A stretch of 63,290 nucleotides of DNA, filler included, from Perkinsus chesapeaki ATCC PRA-425 (taxonomy: Eukaryota > Protista > Perkinsozoa), in the NCBI GenBank assembly GCA_013115145.1. It is 6 parts of 6 records of this genome, joined end to end, with 100 filler letters (N's around TTAATTAATTAA, not from the genome) between each part and the next. Parts side by side here need not be neighbours in the genome. Positions count along the whole stretch, not along the records: positions 62,192 to 63,290 come from JAAPAO010002205.1; 5 more parts are not named here. The stretch is one strand, 5' to 3'. Made by a program: the position numbers and the translations under genes. A model generated the notes under the pieces. The model was not told the origin of the DNA and did no database searches. It worked only from the letters and a program-made list of their open reading frames with translations. Below, piece by piece: positions 62,735 through 63,290 of the stretch. Position 1 is the stretch's first letter, and every line of letters begins with the position of its first letter.

Positions 62735-62890
62735 TATACCACTGGTAACTTACCAGTACAGCTGGAGATTCATTCGTTGGGGTTTCAAACTGCTAGTGTT
62801 AATGCTCTAAACTAACAAGCGCTGCCAGGGGCTCAATGGGAGCCCAGATGTGATACAAGTGTCACATCTAAGGACACATACTGCCATATT

Positions 62891-63082
62891 TTAGTGACAT
62901 ACTGTCGAAGATATCGTCACTAGGGAAGCTCGATAGAGAAATACAGACTGTTCGTTTGAAAATGACATTGAACATAAAATAAAGAACATACAACAACATA
63001 CAACAAAGAGGTTTGGCATCAATTCAAATCGGCGGCGCCAGCGAGGGTAAGCTACCGCGTACCGTTCTGAACACATGAGCAT
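62891..63082 (-). CDS. Possible first exon of a membrane protein gene
   Basis: ATG start with a hydrophobic stretch, LFVVCCCMFFILCSM; no family recognised. Confidence 0.25.
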   Translation of the reverse strand: MLMCSERYAVAYPRWRRRFELMPNLFVVCCCMFFILCSMSFSNEQSVFLYRASLVTISSTVCH

Positions 63083-63290
63083 TCTCTGCTTACCTCGAGC
63101 GGTGACACCCCCTGCGTGAGTGTGTCAGGCCTCGGCCTTCTCCTTGTAGGATATATTTGCACACCGGTGATTCCAATCTCAAATTGGCAATCTTAGTAGT
63201 AGCAAGTTGCTACTAGAAACTCGTGGCTAAAGGACAATACCCCCACAATGATACTCTCACTGACAAAAGCTAATGAATGTGGATAAAGGT

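Overview
The window is not one locus. It holds six contigs joined by artificial 100-nt spacers (44 N + TTAATTAATTAA + 44 N). The DNA is eukaryotic and intron-rich, with GT-AG introns often 40-60 nt. Gene content and style suggest a Perkinsus-like alveolate (inference, not a database result). Contig 1 (1-28088): an RRM+KH RNA-binding gene, a NEK-like kinase, a decayed retroelement, and a large coiled-coil/thioredoxin-fold gene with a Tc1 (DD34E) element in one intron. Contig 2 (28189-39308): a Helitron 3' end, an intronless purple acid phosphatase, an unidentified short-intron gene, two small secreted Cys-rich proteins and an intronless class II CPD photolyase. Contig 3 (39409-56580, very AT-rich): an aspartic protease pseudogene, EFCAB2/DRC8-like, WD40, SRR1-like, PDZ, an atypical kinase, a J-domain gene with an intronic Tc1/mariner MITE, MBF1 and BDP1-like. 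Contig 4: a LINE 3' fragment and a hAT-like terminus. Contig 5: a DIRS/Ngaro-like retrotransposon with an intact RT-RNase H ORF. The most striking unexplained signal is a recurring scar made of an 8-mer minus its last base, the 8-mer's reverse complement, and the 8-mer minus its first base (net +14 nt). It occurs five times perfectly, plus degenerate and extended versions. This is the geometry expected from hairpin-mediated (hAT-type) transposon excision at an 8-bp target duplication. One copy visibly frameshifts a conserved Helitron helicase motif.
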